This document shows positions 1 through 10,197 of a DNA stretch of 32,585 nucleotides, one piece after another. The notes under the pieces were generated by a model. It had not been told where the DNA came from, did not search any database, and saw only the letters and a program-made list of their open reading frames with translations. The DNA lies in assembly GCA_001275005.1 (NCBI GenBank), contig JWZX01002034.1, forward strand, positions 1-32,585. Reading direction: 5' to 3'. The stretch comes from Chrysochromulina tobinii. Taxonomy: Eukaryota. A program made the position numbers and the translations under genes. Each line of letters starts with the position of its first letter. Positions within the stretch are counted from its first letter, which is position 1.

Positions 1-2
1 CC

Positions 3-628
3 TCCGTCTTCCCCGGCTGCCGCATCCTGCATCGCGACCTGAAGCCGAACAATATCGGCTTCCTGCCCGACGGGCGGCTCGCCCTCTTTGACTTCGGGCT
101 CGCCAGGCTGTGGCGTGTGAGCGAGGCCGACCCCGACGGCAACGAGACGCGCAAGCTCACGGGCAACACCGGCTCGCTCCGCTACATGGCCCCTGAGGTC
201 GCCCTCGCAAAGCCATACTCGCATAAGGCCGAGGTCTTCGCCTTCGCCACAGTGTTGTGGGAGATGGCCTCACACGAGCGCCCTTTCGCCGACTGCGATG
301 TCGACTCCTTCTATCGGTGCGCGGCCACACCCCGTTTGCCACCCCGCCTTCTGCCGTATCCGACGCGAGTTTCTAGAGCCCACGCCTCTCACCTCCCCAT
401 GATCTCCCCCCTCCCGTTCTCAGGCGCGTTTGTTCAGAGGGCCAGCGGCCACCAATCCCACAGAGCTTCCCGCCGCAGCTCGCTGCGCTGCTCACCCGCT
501 GCTGGAGCACCGATCACGCCGCCCGTCCCGAGATGGCCGAGGTCATCGTCATCTTGCGTGAGTTGATCGTGCAGTTGAGCCCAAATCTGATCAGCCCCAG
601 GCTGGGGAGCCCTTCGTCGGAGCCCTAG
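3..628 (+). CDS. Protein kinase (TKL-like), 5'-partial; exons 3-316 and 424-628
   Basis: Frame from base 3 reads HRDLKPNNIGF...LFDFGLAR...TGSLRYMAPE...LWEM. Removing intron 317-423 (GTGCGC...CAG) restores subdomains X-XI (RPPIP...LLTRCWS...RPEM). TAG at 626-628. Confidence 0.9.
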
Positions 629-868
629 CCTGCCAACGTGCAAAGAAGCGCTCCCGCGGTGGAAGCTGCACGCACGCACGCGTTCGTCCTTACTCGTCCT
701 CTGACGCGTTGCACAAGTTGTGTGGACTCGACCGCGCTCGTATCGAAGATAAATCGAAGCGCCTACCGGTTCAAGGCCGATTCATATCTACCATAAAGCG
801 CTGGTGCGGGTGGCGGGTGGCCTGGCGTGATGTGCGTGCGGCATTCGTAGAGCCTTACGAGGCCAATC

Positions 869-1190
869 GCGGGCATGATTGTCTACCATGTTTGCAGGTG
901 CGGGTGGGGCGCGGAGTGGACTCTGGTCCCTGGCCCTGCACAGCCTGCTGCTGCTCCCTGCCCTGAGCAGCCCTGGGGTGCTGGCAGGACATTCCAGGGC
1001 TGTGGCCATCTGACCAACTGCGGGCATGATTGTCTACCAAGTACCATGAGTCAGTTACGGGTGGGGCGCAGAGTGGACCCTGGTCCCTGGCCCTGCATGT
1101 CCGCTGCTGCTCCCTGGTCCGCCCTGTGTTGGGCCTGCGGCCTCGGGCCTAGGGGTCGGATGGCGGGGACATTCCTAGAACACTCCAGGG
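869..1190. repeat. Diverged tandem duplication, about 151-bp period, 2 copies plus a fainter third near 788
   Basis: GCGGGCATGATTGTCTACCA at 869 and 1020, each followed by CGGGTGGGGCGC(G/A)GAGTGGAC(T/C)CTGGTCCCTGGCCCTGCA...GCTGCTGCTCCCTG. Confidence 0.75.
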
Positions 1191-1407
1191 CTCGGCTCTC
1201 GCTCTGGGCCGGGCTGTGCGCTCTTAACCTGCTGGGGATGTCGTGTGTATGATCGCTATCGGTCGGGTGCCTGGACGGGAAGCTGGATGCGCCGTGCTAC
1301 GCCGTGCCCGCTCGGCCGAACTGCCATTGAGCACGTGAGTTTAATATGTTCTCATCATACTTCAAAGAGAGGTAAGAACACCGATGTTTCTTTGTGAGCG
1401 GCGTGCG

Positions 1408-3117
1408 TCACGCGTACATGCGCTTAAACAGCCTCGGCCACGTCGCCTTGCGCTCCTTGAAGAGCGTGATGACCATCTCATCGACTGAGACCGACCCGAT
1501 CGGCGCGGCCGTGCGCACGGACCACGAGCTCCGGGCGAGATCGATGCGCGCGTGCAGCTCGCCACCCAAGAGGGGCGCGTGCTGCTGGCCGGCGACGTGC
1601 ACGTTGAGCGCGTCCGCCGTCACGCCCACGCGAAGGTCGTCGTGCGTCAGACGGCCGCCTGAGCGGAAAGGGATGATGAGCTGCCACGTGTCGTCGGCCT
1701 GCGCCGCGTCCCAGCCGCCAGCCTCGAGCTCTTCCCTGCGTGGCTTGTCGCGCAGCACCGCGCTGCTTCGCTCGCGCTTCTCGATGGCGTCGAGCAGCTC
1801 GGGCCACGGCGCGAGCCACAGCCCTCGCGGCTCGGCCTTCACTAGGGTGAGCTGGAGCGTGTCGCAGCACGCGCCAACGGTGGCGGCGGCGGCAGCGCCC
1901 GTCTCTTCGGCGGACGGCGGCGATAGCACCTCGAGCCGGCACGAGCTCGGCTCGATCTTGCCTACGAGCACGCCGCTCCACATGCTCCTCACGCCGCGCA
2001 CGAAGCACTCAACGAAATTGCTGCCCGCCTGCAGCTTCAGCGCCGTCGCGGGCGTCCCTCGCGCCGTGCTCGAGCGCACGACCATCGCGTGTGCGTCCTC
2101 GTACCAGACATAGAACGGGTCGCAGTCGGCCGGATGCTCGGGCGCGCCCGCGTGGCGTGCGAGCCCCGTGCGCCACAGCAGCGTCGCACGCGCTGTCTGC
2201 CAATGCTCCTCGGCGTTCCACAGCGTGGGGCAAGCGCCACCAGTGGCTTGGACGCGGCCGCCCCGACCACCGTCTCCGTGCGCCGCCTCGAGCTCTGCGC
2301 GCCGCTGCCTGCGGCGCTGGTGCTCAACGCGCTCCCTTTCTTCGAGGCGGAGCAGCTCGGGACGCTTGGGCGGCATCGGCGTGAGCTCCTTGCCGTACAG
2401 CATCTCGTGCTTGCGCCGATCGATGAGCACCTGCCTCTCCCTCTTGAGCGCGAGAGCCGCCTCGTCCTCGGGCGGCGGCGGCGGCGGCTCGTGCCGCCGC
2501 GAGAGCGCGTCCGAAAAGAGGCTAACCCAGCGCTCGGCCCGCGCCTTGTGCAGCGTGATCACCAGCGTGTCCTCGAGAGCCTCGGGCTGCTGATCCCGCG
2601 CCTCGCGCAGCGGATCGTACTCGGGGGCGGGCGTGCGCTCGATCTCCCAGTCGCTCTCGGACGGGAGCACGTGGCCACACAGCCGGCCGCACGCGGCGGT
2701 CCGCTCGCCGCAGTACTCGACCCGGACCGAGTTGGCATCGATGTTACACCTGAGCTGATGAGTCGTCGTGCCCGCCGGCACCTTGAGCCGCACGCTCACC
2801 CGATCCTCCGCCTCCTCGTACACGGGCGGGCGCAGGTGCGGCAGCGCTGCGAGCGCGGCGGCCGGCATCTGGCCGGCCTTCTCCGCGCGCGCGATGGCGT
2901 TCGCGAGCTTCTGGCGGTCGGGCAGCTTGGCGATGCCGAGCTCTTTGACGTGCGCGAGCAAGTGCGGCCGATTGGCCGCGAGACGCGCCCTCAGGTCGGC
3001 GAGCGTCGTCTTCGCGGCAAATGCGGCGGCGAGGTCGTCGGAGAGGCCGCAGTCCGCGAGCAGGGACTGAAGCGTGCACACTTGTGGTGCGTGCAGCTCT
3101 GGCGACCCCATTTTCAT
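1408..3117 (-). CDS. Protein with an N-terminal SAM-like domain and three CS (p23/NudC-like) domains
   Basis: 569-aa ORF. Three CS-type blocks end in LVITLHK...WVSLF, LQLTLVK...W and MVITLFK...WPRLF. N-terminal LLAHVKELGIAKLPDRQKLANAI resembles the SAM terminal helices. Confidence 0.75.
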   Translation of the reverse strand: MKMGSPELHAPQVCTLQSLLADCGLSDDLAAAFAAKTTLADLRARLAANRPHLLAHVKELGIAKLPDRQKLANAIARAEKAGQMPAAALAALPHLRPPVYEEAEDRVSVRLKVPAGTTTHQLRCNIDANSVRVEYCGERTAACGRLCGHVLPSESDWEIERTPAPEYDPLREARDQQPEALEDTLVITLHKARAERWVSLFSDALSRRHEPPPPPPEDEAALALKRERQVLIDRRKHEMLYGKELTPMPPKRPELLRLEERERVEHQRRRQRRAELEAAHGDGGRGGRVQATGGACPTLWNAEEHWQTARATLLWRTGLARHAGAPEHPADCDPFYVWYEDAHAMVVRSSTARGTPATALKLQAGSNFVECFVRGVRSMWSGVLVGKIEPSSCRLEVLSPPSAEETGAAAAATVGACCDTLQLTLVKAEPRGLWLAPWPELLDAIEKRERSSAVLRDKPRREELEAGGWDAAQADDTWQLIIPFRSGGRLTHDDLRVGVTADALNVHVAGQQHAPLLGGELHARIDLARSSWSVRTAAPIGSVSVDEMVITLFKERKATWPRLFKRMYA

Positions 3118-3275
3118 TGTCCAGGTGCTCGCAAAGCAAACTCAAAGACTTTTAAGTTTGAGGAGTCTCGACGTTCGGGATTTTGAGGATCATTTCACAC
3201 TAGCAGGGTCTCGCGAATAGGGGAACTCTTGGGCGATGGTGTGAATTTCACGACTATTTCACGATAGACAACGCG

Positions 3276-3971
3276 ATGGAGATCGATTCCGCCGACGTCC
3301 CTTCCTCCGTCCCCGGGCTTGCGCTTCCCGCACCTCACATCGAGATCGATGCGCTTCCCTACATCGACTCGCAGTACAACGATCCGGAGATGAAGGCGCG
3401 CGTGGACTCCCTCGTCCAGGCAGAGATGCGCACCTTCCGGCCGGGCAACTACCTCGCACATCTTCCCGAGCACGAGGTCAACTTTCCCGAGGATTCAGTG
3501 CTGCAATACGAGTGGATGCGCGTGTGCGAGCAGCAGCCTATGTCCAAGATGGACACCAAGCGCTACCAGCTCGAGCCGCCGCCGCCCGAGCAGCGAAATG
3601 ACCCAGAGGCCTGGCAGCGTGCAGTGCGCAACGCCGAGGCGCAGCTCGAGCATCAGTCGACGCGCCTGGGTAACCTCGAGCTCATGCAGCAGCACGGCGC
3701 GCACCAGTGGCGCGCGCAGCTCAACGAGCTCGACGTGGCGAGCGCCCAGCTGAAGCGCGCCGCTGAGGAGGTGGACGAACGCATCGAGCTCGTCAATCGC
3801 AGGCGCAAGACGGAGCAATTGGCGGCGGCGCCGCGGCTCGCCGCGCTAGAGGCCGAGTGGGTGAGCTCGGTGAAAAAGAACCTCGAGATCGAGTCCGCCT
3901 GTCTGCAGCTTGAGGCCGAGTGCGCCGGCCTGCGTAACGCGGTCGAGGTGGCGACGAGCGCGCCGAGATAG
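3276..3971 (+). CDS. BCAS2: Pre-mRNA splicing factor SPF27/BCAS2 (Prp19 complex)
   Basis: IDALPYID...VQAEM, MDTKRYQL, AEAQLEHQ..RLGNLELMQQHG, VNRRRKTEQ, KNLEIESAC match the family. Head-to-head with the CS gene across about 160 bp. Confidence 0.93.
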   Translation: MEIDSADVPSSVPGLALPAPHIEIDALPYIDSQYNDPEMKARVDSLVQAEMRTFRPGNYLAHLPEHEVNFPEDSVLQYEWMRVCEQQPMSKMDTKRYQLEPPPPEQRNDPEAWQRAVRNAEAQLEHQSTRLGNLELMQQHGAHQWRAQLNELDVASAQLKRAAEEVDERIELVNRRRKTEQLAAAPRLAALEAEWVSSVKKNLEIESACLQLEAECAGLRNAVEVATSAPR

Positions 3972-4320
3972 CCGCGGTCCGAACTGCGAATATTTACAAT
4001 GCGGCCGGCCGCCGGGTCCGCAGCGGTGTACCCGGCCGGCAGCCGTGCGCCCATGTATACATGTGACACGGGGGCCGGCCACTTTCGTCCGTGTCAGTCC
4101 TCAAAACTCTTGTTTTCAAATGATATGTGGCACGCGCTCAGCATGGCCGGCTCAGTCAGCGCGACCCCGACCGGGGCGCACCGGCGGTCCCTTCCCGGCG
4201 ACTTCTGTGCATCTGTGCGGGGCGGTCACATCCGATCGTAATCCGATCGGACATCATCCGACCCCGCTCTCGCGTCTCGGCGTGGTTGTGTAGTGGCTGT
4301 GGACTCTGGAACCCCGATGC

Positions 4321-7101
4321 TCACAACCAAAAGTCCGAAAAGTCGATGCCCATCGGCCGCACGGATGATGATGGGCCGCCTGTAGAGGACCCGGCTCTGT
4401 GGAACATGATCGTCTCGGTGTCCGCCTTCTTGGGCTGCTCGTCCGAGAACAACGGGTTCGGCTCCCAGTTCCTTGGTGGCAGTGACGGCAAGGGCGGCTG
4501 CGGCGGCCCTGACAGCAGCGCCGCTGTTGACGGGTGCAGCTGGGCAAGTGAGTCGACCCCTACAGGCAAGGCAAAGCGTGTGCTCGAGGTGATGTTCGCC
4601 CTGCTGAGATTGGGCATCATCGCCGCCTTTTGCATCGAAGGGGCGCCCTCGGTAGCAGCAGGAGCGGCTGTCGGCGAGTCGGCCTTGGCCGCCACCGGCG
4701 GCATCGGCGCGGTGACGAAGATGGCGTGCGCGTCGTTGTACGAGTGGCTTGCGACGGAGGGCGGAGACGGCGCGGGCGGCGACGCAGTAGCCGAGCCCGT
4801 CGCGTTCGAGGGCGGAGCGCTGGAATGCGCCCAGCTCGAGGCCCTCGATGAGGACTTATGGAACCGAGGATGCGCCGCTGTGTAGCGCACCTCAGGCACC
4901 ACCTCCTCGGTGCCCAGGCGTGGGCTGCGCGCAGAGCTGCGCGACGGTGACGAAGACGTACCCCAGCGTACGAGCAATTCCGCACGCTTGGCTTCAAATT
5001 GCTCTGGCGTGATCAAGCCATCGTCGAGCAGCCCCTTGAGCTGCCTGAGCAGCCGCTGCTCCGCTGACTCCGCCATCGGCAAAAAGTCAAGACACTCGCC
5101 ATGGGCACTGTCTCCATCGCCGCCGCCGCCGCCGCCGCGGTTCGATTGCCGCCCACTCAGCCTAAATGAGAGAGACCGCACAGCACTCTTGACATCCTCG
5201 ACGCCCTCGCCGACGGAAGCCGCCATGTCGCTCAAGGCCCCCTTGACGCGATCGATCGTCTGGGGCTCGTCCTGAGGTGCGCCCGACACGGCGCCTGTTA
5301 CGTGCTCGGGAGAGCGTGCGCCCGACACGGCGCCCGGTATGTGCTCGGGAGAGCGCGCGATGCCGCTGCTCTCAAGTCTGCCCTCATAGCTGCTGCTGCC
5401 CGGGGTGCTGCTGCCCTTCGGGATCGTCGTCGTCGTGGCGTCGAATGTGAGCCTCGCCCCATCGGCCGCCGCCAAGCCCGTGCCCAACACGGCGCTATCG
5501 AATGTGAGCCTCGCCCCATCCGCCAGGTCCGTGCCCAACACGGCGCTAGGGAGGGCATGCGATCCCTTGACTCCTCGGCTCTCCTCGGCGTCGTTGGTCA
5601 GCTCGTGGAGCACGACGAACTCATCGTCAGCTGCGAGAGTCGCGCCGTCGTCGAGATCCGGATCCGTCACGTCCGTCGTCTCGGACGCCGACGGAGCGCG
5701 CGCCAAGAGATCGTGCGTGGGTGCACGTGCGTGTGAGGCGCCGGCGCCGTTGTCCCGCTTCTTGAACGCCGAGATGGTGAGCGCCCGCGCGCTCGTCGCG
5801 CGGGGAGCCATCACCATGCTGCGCACCATGGATGCGAGGCGACCAGATCTGGAGCGCGCGGTCGTGGCGCCACGGAGTGGCGGCACGCCGGCGCCGTCGT
5901 GAGCATTGTCAGCGGGACTGGATGCGGCCGCCCCCGCCACAACGCCCGCCCGGCACGACGCCGGCACGGCGAGGTGGGATGCAGCGCCTCTGCCGTTGGC
6001 ACCACCGTTCAGCGTGCTGCCTTCGGTGGCGAGGCTGCTGCCCTCACGCGTCCATTGGCGCCCGTTGGCAGTCGGGGCGGAGGTTGCGGCTTCAAGGCCG
6101 ACGATCGCTATGGTGCGCGTGCCCGAGCCGCCGCTGCCGCCGCTGCCGCCGCCGCTGCTCACAAGCCTGCCCAAGCTGCCGAGCGTCGCCGTTGTATACC
6201 GCAGGGGCAGCGGCCCGGCCGCGTGCGCGGCGCTGCTCCCAAGTGGACTCATCCCAAGTGGACTTGGGCGTTGCTCGGGGGAGCGCTGCTCGAATTGCAC
6301 AAGAGGACGCTCCCCGCTGGACGGGCCACGCCGGTCGGCTCCTCGCAGCTGCACCGGCGGTGGGCCCGCGCCGGTCGGCTCCTCGTGTGACCGCAGCACG
6401 GGCGAGCTCGGCACTGAACTGCCCCTGCTGCCTGTCTCCCGAGGTCGATGCCGCGGCACCCCCTGGGGCATCGAGCCTCCTGGTGCCTCGCGGCTGCTGC
6501 TGCTGACGCCGCGCTGGAGCGCCTCGATGCCGTCCTTGGAAAGTCCGGCGGGCCACCGTGCCTCGTCGCTCGCAAACGCCGCAAACGCCGGCGTGCGCAC
6601 GTACTCAAGCGCAAGAGCCTCGAGCTTGTCGTACGAATCACGGAGGAATCCCATGAAGATGCCCTCGACGAGGGTGCCGACGCCAAAGACGCGCACGTCG
6701 ACGGTGGCGGAGACGTGCAGGATGCACGCGCCCGACGCCGTCGGTTCGAGATAGCACCGGCTCTCGGTGCTGATCCGGCCGCCGAAGACATTCGGGTTGG
6801 TAGTCACAAGCGTTGGGTTGGCGTCGCCGAAGAGGTGGGGCGTGTAGAGCATCTTCGATAAGATTTCGAGGCGCGCGCTGCTGCCGAGGACGGCGCTCAT
6901 GATTTTGGGCAGCGATTTGTACGAGTACGTGCAGGTGATCTCGTGAGGGCCGGCATCCGTCGTCCGGCCCTCGGAGTGCAGCATGAAGTTGGCCCCCTCC
7001 TTATCGGCACAGTAGAGGTCGAAGCCGCGGTCCGAGCGCAGCGCGTGGTACACGTCAGCTGGCAGCGCGAGCGGCACCGCCAGCTTCACTGTACGAGGCA
7101 T
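4321..7101 (-). CDS. Protein with a DUF2505/SRPBCC-like N-terminal domain, long disordered region and SHOCT domain
   Basis: Long ORF, first ATG at 7101. N-terminus ends in ...CILHVSATVDVRVFGVGTLVEGIF (helix-grip-like). LRQLKGLLDDGLITPEQFEAKRAELL is SHOCT-like. Short internal peptide duplications around 5280-5550. Confidence 0.65.
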   Translation of the reverse strand: MPRTVKLAVPLALPADVYHALRSDRGFDLYCADKEGANFMLHSEGRTTDAGPHEITCTYSYKSLPKIMSAVLGSSARLEILSKMLYTPHLFGDANPTLVTTNPNVFGGRISTESRCYLEPTASGACILHVSATVDVRVFGVGTLVEGIFMGFLRDSYDKLEALALEYVRTPAFAAFASDEARWPAGLSKDGIEALQRGVSSSSREAPGGSMPQGVPRHRPRETGSRGSSVPSSPVLRSHEEPTGAGPPPVQLRGADRRGPSSGERPLVQFEQRSPEQRPSPLGMSPLGSSAAHAAGPLPLRYTTATLGSLGRLVSSGGGSGGSGGSGTRTIAIVGLEAATSAPTANGRQWTREGSSLATEGSTLNGGANGRGAASHLAVPASCRAGVVAGAAASSPADNAHDGAGVPPLRGATTARSRSGRLASMVRSMVMAPRATSARALTISAFKKRDNGAGASHARAPTHDLLARAPSASETTDVTDPDLDDGATLAADDEFVVLHELTNDAEESRGVKGSHALPSAVLGTDLADGARLTFDSAVLGTGLAAADGARLTFDATTTTIPKGSSTPGSSSYEGRLESSGIARSPEHIPGAVSGARSPEHVTGAVSGAPQDEPQTIDRVKGALSDMAASVGEGVEDVKSAVRSLSFRLSGRQSNRGGGGGGDGDSAHGECLDFLPMAESAEQRLLRQLKGLLDDGLITPEQFEAKRAELLVRWGTSSSPSRSSARSPRLGTEEVVPEVRYTAAHPRFHKSSSRASSWAHSSAPPSNATGSATASPPAPSPPSVASHSYNDAHAIFVTAPMPPVAAKADSPTAAPAATEGAPSMQKAAMMPNLSRANITSSTRFALPVGVDSLAQLHPSTAALLSGPPQPPLPSLPPRNWEPNPLFSDEQPKKADTETIMFHRAGSSTGGPSSSVRPMGIDFSDFWL

Positions 7102-7516
7102 GCGCCCAAGAGCGGAAGGGCCCAAGTCGGGTCACACCACAGGGCGTCGGTCGAACTCAAAAAGGTGGCATTGCCTCTCCCGGACAACACCGCTTATGGA
7201 AAGGAACGTATGTAATCCGGTTTTCGGCGGTCTGATGAGCCGCAGTGGTGCTGCTTTCTGGCAATTCAGGCGCCGCTGGCAGCGGAACTTCACACTGGCA
7301 GATCGTCTGTGAAAGGTGACTATGCTGAGAGCGCGCCGACGCCCGCCGCCGAGGCTGCTGCTGCCTGATCGGCTCACACCAGCGTGGCCGCATAGCCAAA
7401 AGCGCGGTTGCAGCTCTGCGGGCTGCGCGCACGGCCTCAGCATCCTCAGGCGCATTGCTCACGCGCCACCTCTCTCTCGCCGCCCACCGCAGACAGCAAG
7501 GGCTGCCCAGTAAGCC

Positions 7517-8233
7517 ATGCAGGCGCACGCACCCGAGTCGGCGTTCACGCGCACGACGAACCCACTCGTCACCGGCGGTTCGGTCGTCGCGCTCAAGTAC
7601 GCGGGCGGCGTGCTCGTCGCCACCGACACTCTCGCGAGCTACGGCTCGCTTGCGCGGTTCGAGAATGTGTGCCGAATGTCGACCGTCGGCATGAACCACG
7701 ACGTGCTGCTTGCTGCTGGTGGCGACTACTCGGACTACCAGCAGATGCTCAAGATGATTGACATCCGTGCGACGCAGGAGTTTGCGCTCGACGACGGCGC
7801 GGCCTTGTCGGCCAGCGAGATGCACCACTGGCTGACGCGGATCCTGTACCAGCGCCGCTCCAAGATGGACCCGCTGTGGAACCAGATCGTGATCGCCGGC
7901 TTCCGCGACGGCCAGGTCTACCTCGGCACGTCCGACCTGTACGGCACCATGTACACCGAGGACATCATCGCCACGGGCCTCGGCGCGCACATGGCGCTGC
8001 CTCTGCTCCGCAAGGGCTGGCGGGCCGACATGTCCGAGGCGGAGGCGCGCAAGCTCCTCGAGGATTGCATGCGTGTGCTCTTCTACCGCGACACGCGCGC
8101 GTCCGCGAACATCAACATCGGCAAGGTCGACGCGAGCGGCTGCACCGTCTCGGCGCCCATCAAGCTTGAGACCTTCTGGGAGCACCCCGAATTCGTGCGC
8201 GGCGGCGGACACCTCGGCAACGGCTCGTGGTAG
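7517..8233 (+). CDS. PSMB4: 20S proteasome subunit beta-7 (PSMB4/Pre4 type)
   Basis: TTNPLVTGGSVVALKY.GGVLVATDTLASYGSLARF, GDYSDYQ, YQRRSKMDPLWN, ATGLGAHMALPLLR, CMRVLFYRD. Confidence 0.96.
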   Translation: MQAHAPESAFTRTTNPLVTGGSVVALKYAGGVLVATDTLASYGSLARFENVCRMSTVGMNHDVLLAAGGDYSDYQQMLKMIDIRATQEFALDDGAALSASEMHHWLTRILYQRRSKMDPLWNQIVIAGFRDGQVYLGTSDLYGTMYTEDIIATGLGAHMALPLLRKGWRADMSEAEARKLLEDCMRVLFYRDTRASANINIGKVDASGCTVSAPIKLETFWEHPEFVRGGGHLGNGSW

Positions 8234-8736
8234 CGCGGAGGACGGGTGTAATCAGCGGGAGAGGAGCACTACACTGGGGGCGGCAGCGAGGCAGCCAGCC
8301 AGGCAGAGAACTGAGAACAGCTACAAGTAAGCAGCGGAGCGACGTCGCCGGTTCGTGCGTCAGCGCTTGGAACGTACAACGTTCTACGTTGGTGTATGAA
8401 AGCGCGGCGTAAACTCGTTTATCTGAGACACGACACGTGTCGCTCGACCATCAATGTCCGAAGGACCTGAGAGACGTGTTCGGCCGCACGTTTCCGCACC
8501 ACCTTTGAATCCAGCCATCGAAGTGCTGATGATTCGAAACCATTAAGTGCCAAACCGGTGCAAGTGTATCTACGATAGTATCGACGATAGTGCTGCGTTT
8601 GGTTCTCGGTAATTCTAATTGTGCAGATCAGACAGAGATCAGAATTCCTGAAGAACTTTCGACGTTTTCGTGTTATCGTCGGGAAGCCTAATATCGAATG
8701 TGTTCCGGAAGCAAGCTGGTGGTTGACTTGACTTGA

Positions 8737-8936
8737 TGGGTAGTGACACGGAGTGTCTCTGAGGAGAAGCTAGTATCATCGCGCCGCGTTCAATCACTCT
8801 CGACCACTCACTGAAGTTCTTCTAACTTCTGGTGGGTCAGGGAACGCAGGCTTTCTTGCGCGCTCTCGCTCTCGTCTACGCGACGCCCGTCGGTACCGTG
8901 CCGGCGGCGACCGTCGAGACCGAGCGCGAAGTGGAC
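8737..8936 (+). repeat. Split direct repeat A1 (200 bp)
   Basis: TGGGTAGTGACACGG...GAAGTGGAC, identical by eye to 11956-12155. Confidence 0.95.
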
Positions 8937-9514
8937 GATGCTATAGAATTGGCACGCGCAACAGCGCGCTTCTCTCTGCGCTCGTCAGTGTCGCTTTTTC
9001 GGCGTTGTTTGAATACAAAATGCAGGGCTGCTCGCCATGGTCTCATGGAGGCCGCCTGCCTCACGTTCCAGAACGCGAGCCTCGCATCCGACGCAGGCGA
9101 TCCTCGTCCTGCTCACGGTATCGACGGCGTGCCAGCAGTCTACTAGCAGTCACTCATGCCATCGACGACGACAATGGTGTGTGTCAGCACTGCGTCACGC
9201 CGCTCAAGCTGCGTGCTAGCGGTTTCGTAGATCCCGATCTTGCTGATGGCCCAGCGACTGGAGCACTCCTTTCTCTCATCATTGCAAGAGAAAGGCAAGC
9301 TACTCTTCCGTATCGTATCGGAACAATCGGTCAGTTATTCTCTATCAATGGCAGTCGGACAAAGGCGGCCATGCGCTAGTACATCACGCCCGAGCCGGCC
9401 CAGCCCTATGAGACAGCTCACCTGGCTGCTTCAGGCAAGATGATGCTCGCCGCCACAGCCAGCTTTGTTGGCTGAGCTTCGATACGTGCTGCTTCTCTCG
9501 CTTTCTGTGCTTTG

Positions 9515-10080
9515 CGAGGCAAGCTCTGGTCCTCTTCACGCGCGAGGAGTCTTTTCCCTCTGATCCACAGTCTACCATCAGGATGTGCAAGCCGCACCAA
9601 AGATGAACAGTCTATCGATTCCACCATCCAGGATGTGTACGCCGCATCAGATTTGCGAGCTACATACTGAATGGAGTTTGATACGAGGCAAGCTCTGGTT
9701 CGCTTCACGCGCGAGGAGTTCTTTTCCCTCTGATCCACAGTCTACCATCGGGATGTGCAAGCCGCACCAAAGATGAACAGTCTATTGATTTCCACCATCC
9801 AGGATATGTACGCCGCATCAGATTTGCGAGCTACATACTGAATGTGTGTTTGATGCGAGGCAAGCTCTGGTTCGCTTCACGCGCGAGGAGTCTTTTCCCT
9901 CTGATCCACAGTCTACCATCGGGATGTGCAAGCCGCACCGAAGATGAGCAGTCTATTGATTTCCACCATCCAGGATATGTACGCCGCATCGGATTTGCGA
10001 GCTACATACTGAATGCGAGTTCGAAACGTGTCCACAAACCGGGATGTGTACGCCGCATCAGATTTGCGAGCTACATACTG
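9515..10080. repeat. Tandem array of about 170-bp units (3 full plus 1 partial)
   Basis: CGAGGCAAGCTCTGGT at 9515, 9684 and 9856 (periods 169 and 172); partial copy at 10041-10080. Confidence 0.92.
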
Positions 10081-10197
10081 GTCGTGTATGTGTCTGCCGC
10101 ATCGTAGCGGCCGGCATACCGTGACTCATATCGTTTGATTGTCATTCCTATGACCACGATTCAGACATTCATGATCCTTTAACATCCCGTCGAGCAA

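Noticed and set aside
1394..8212. Long antisense or alternative-frame ORFs (e.g. 2089-3186, 5906-6754, 7157-8212)
   Set aside because: Shadow ORFs expected in GC-rich coding DNA, overlapping genes with recognisable domains.
8521..8545. Hammerhead-like core CTGATGA-TTC-GAAAC
   Set aside because: No stem II, and I could not find complementary stem I/III arms with a UH cleavage site.
8745..8800. Hammerhead in repeat A (GACAC/GTGTC hairpin then CTGAGGAG)
   Set aside because: No downstream GAAA or stem III.
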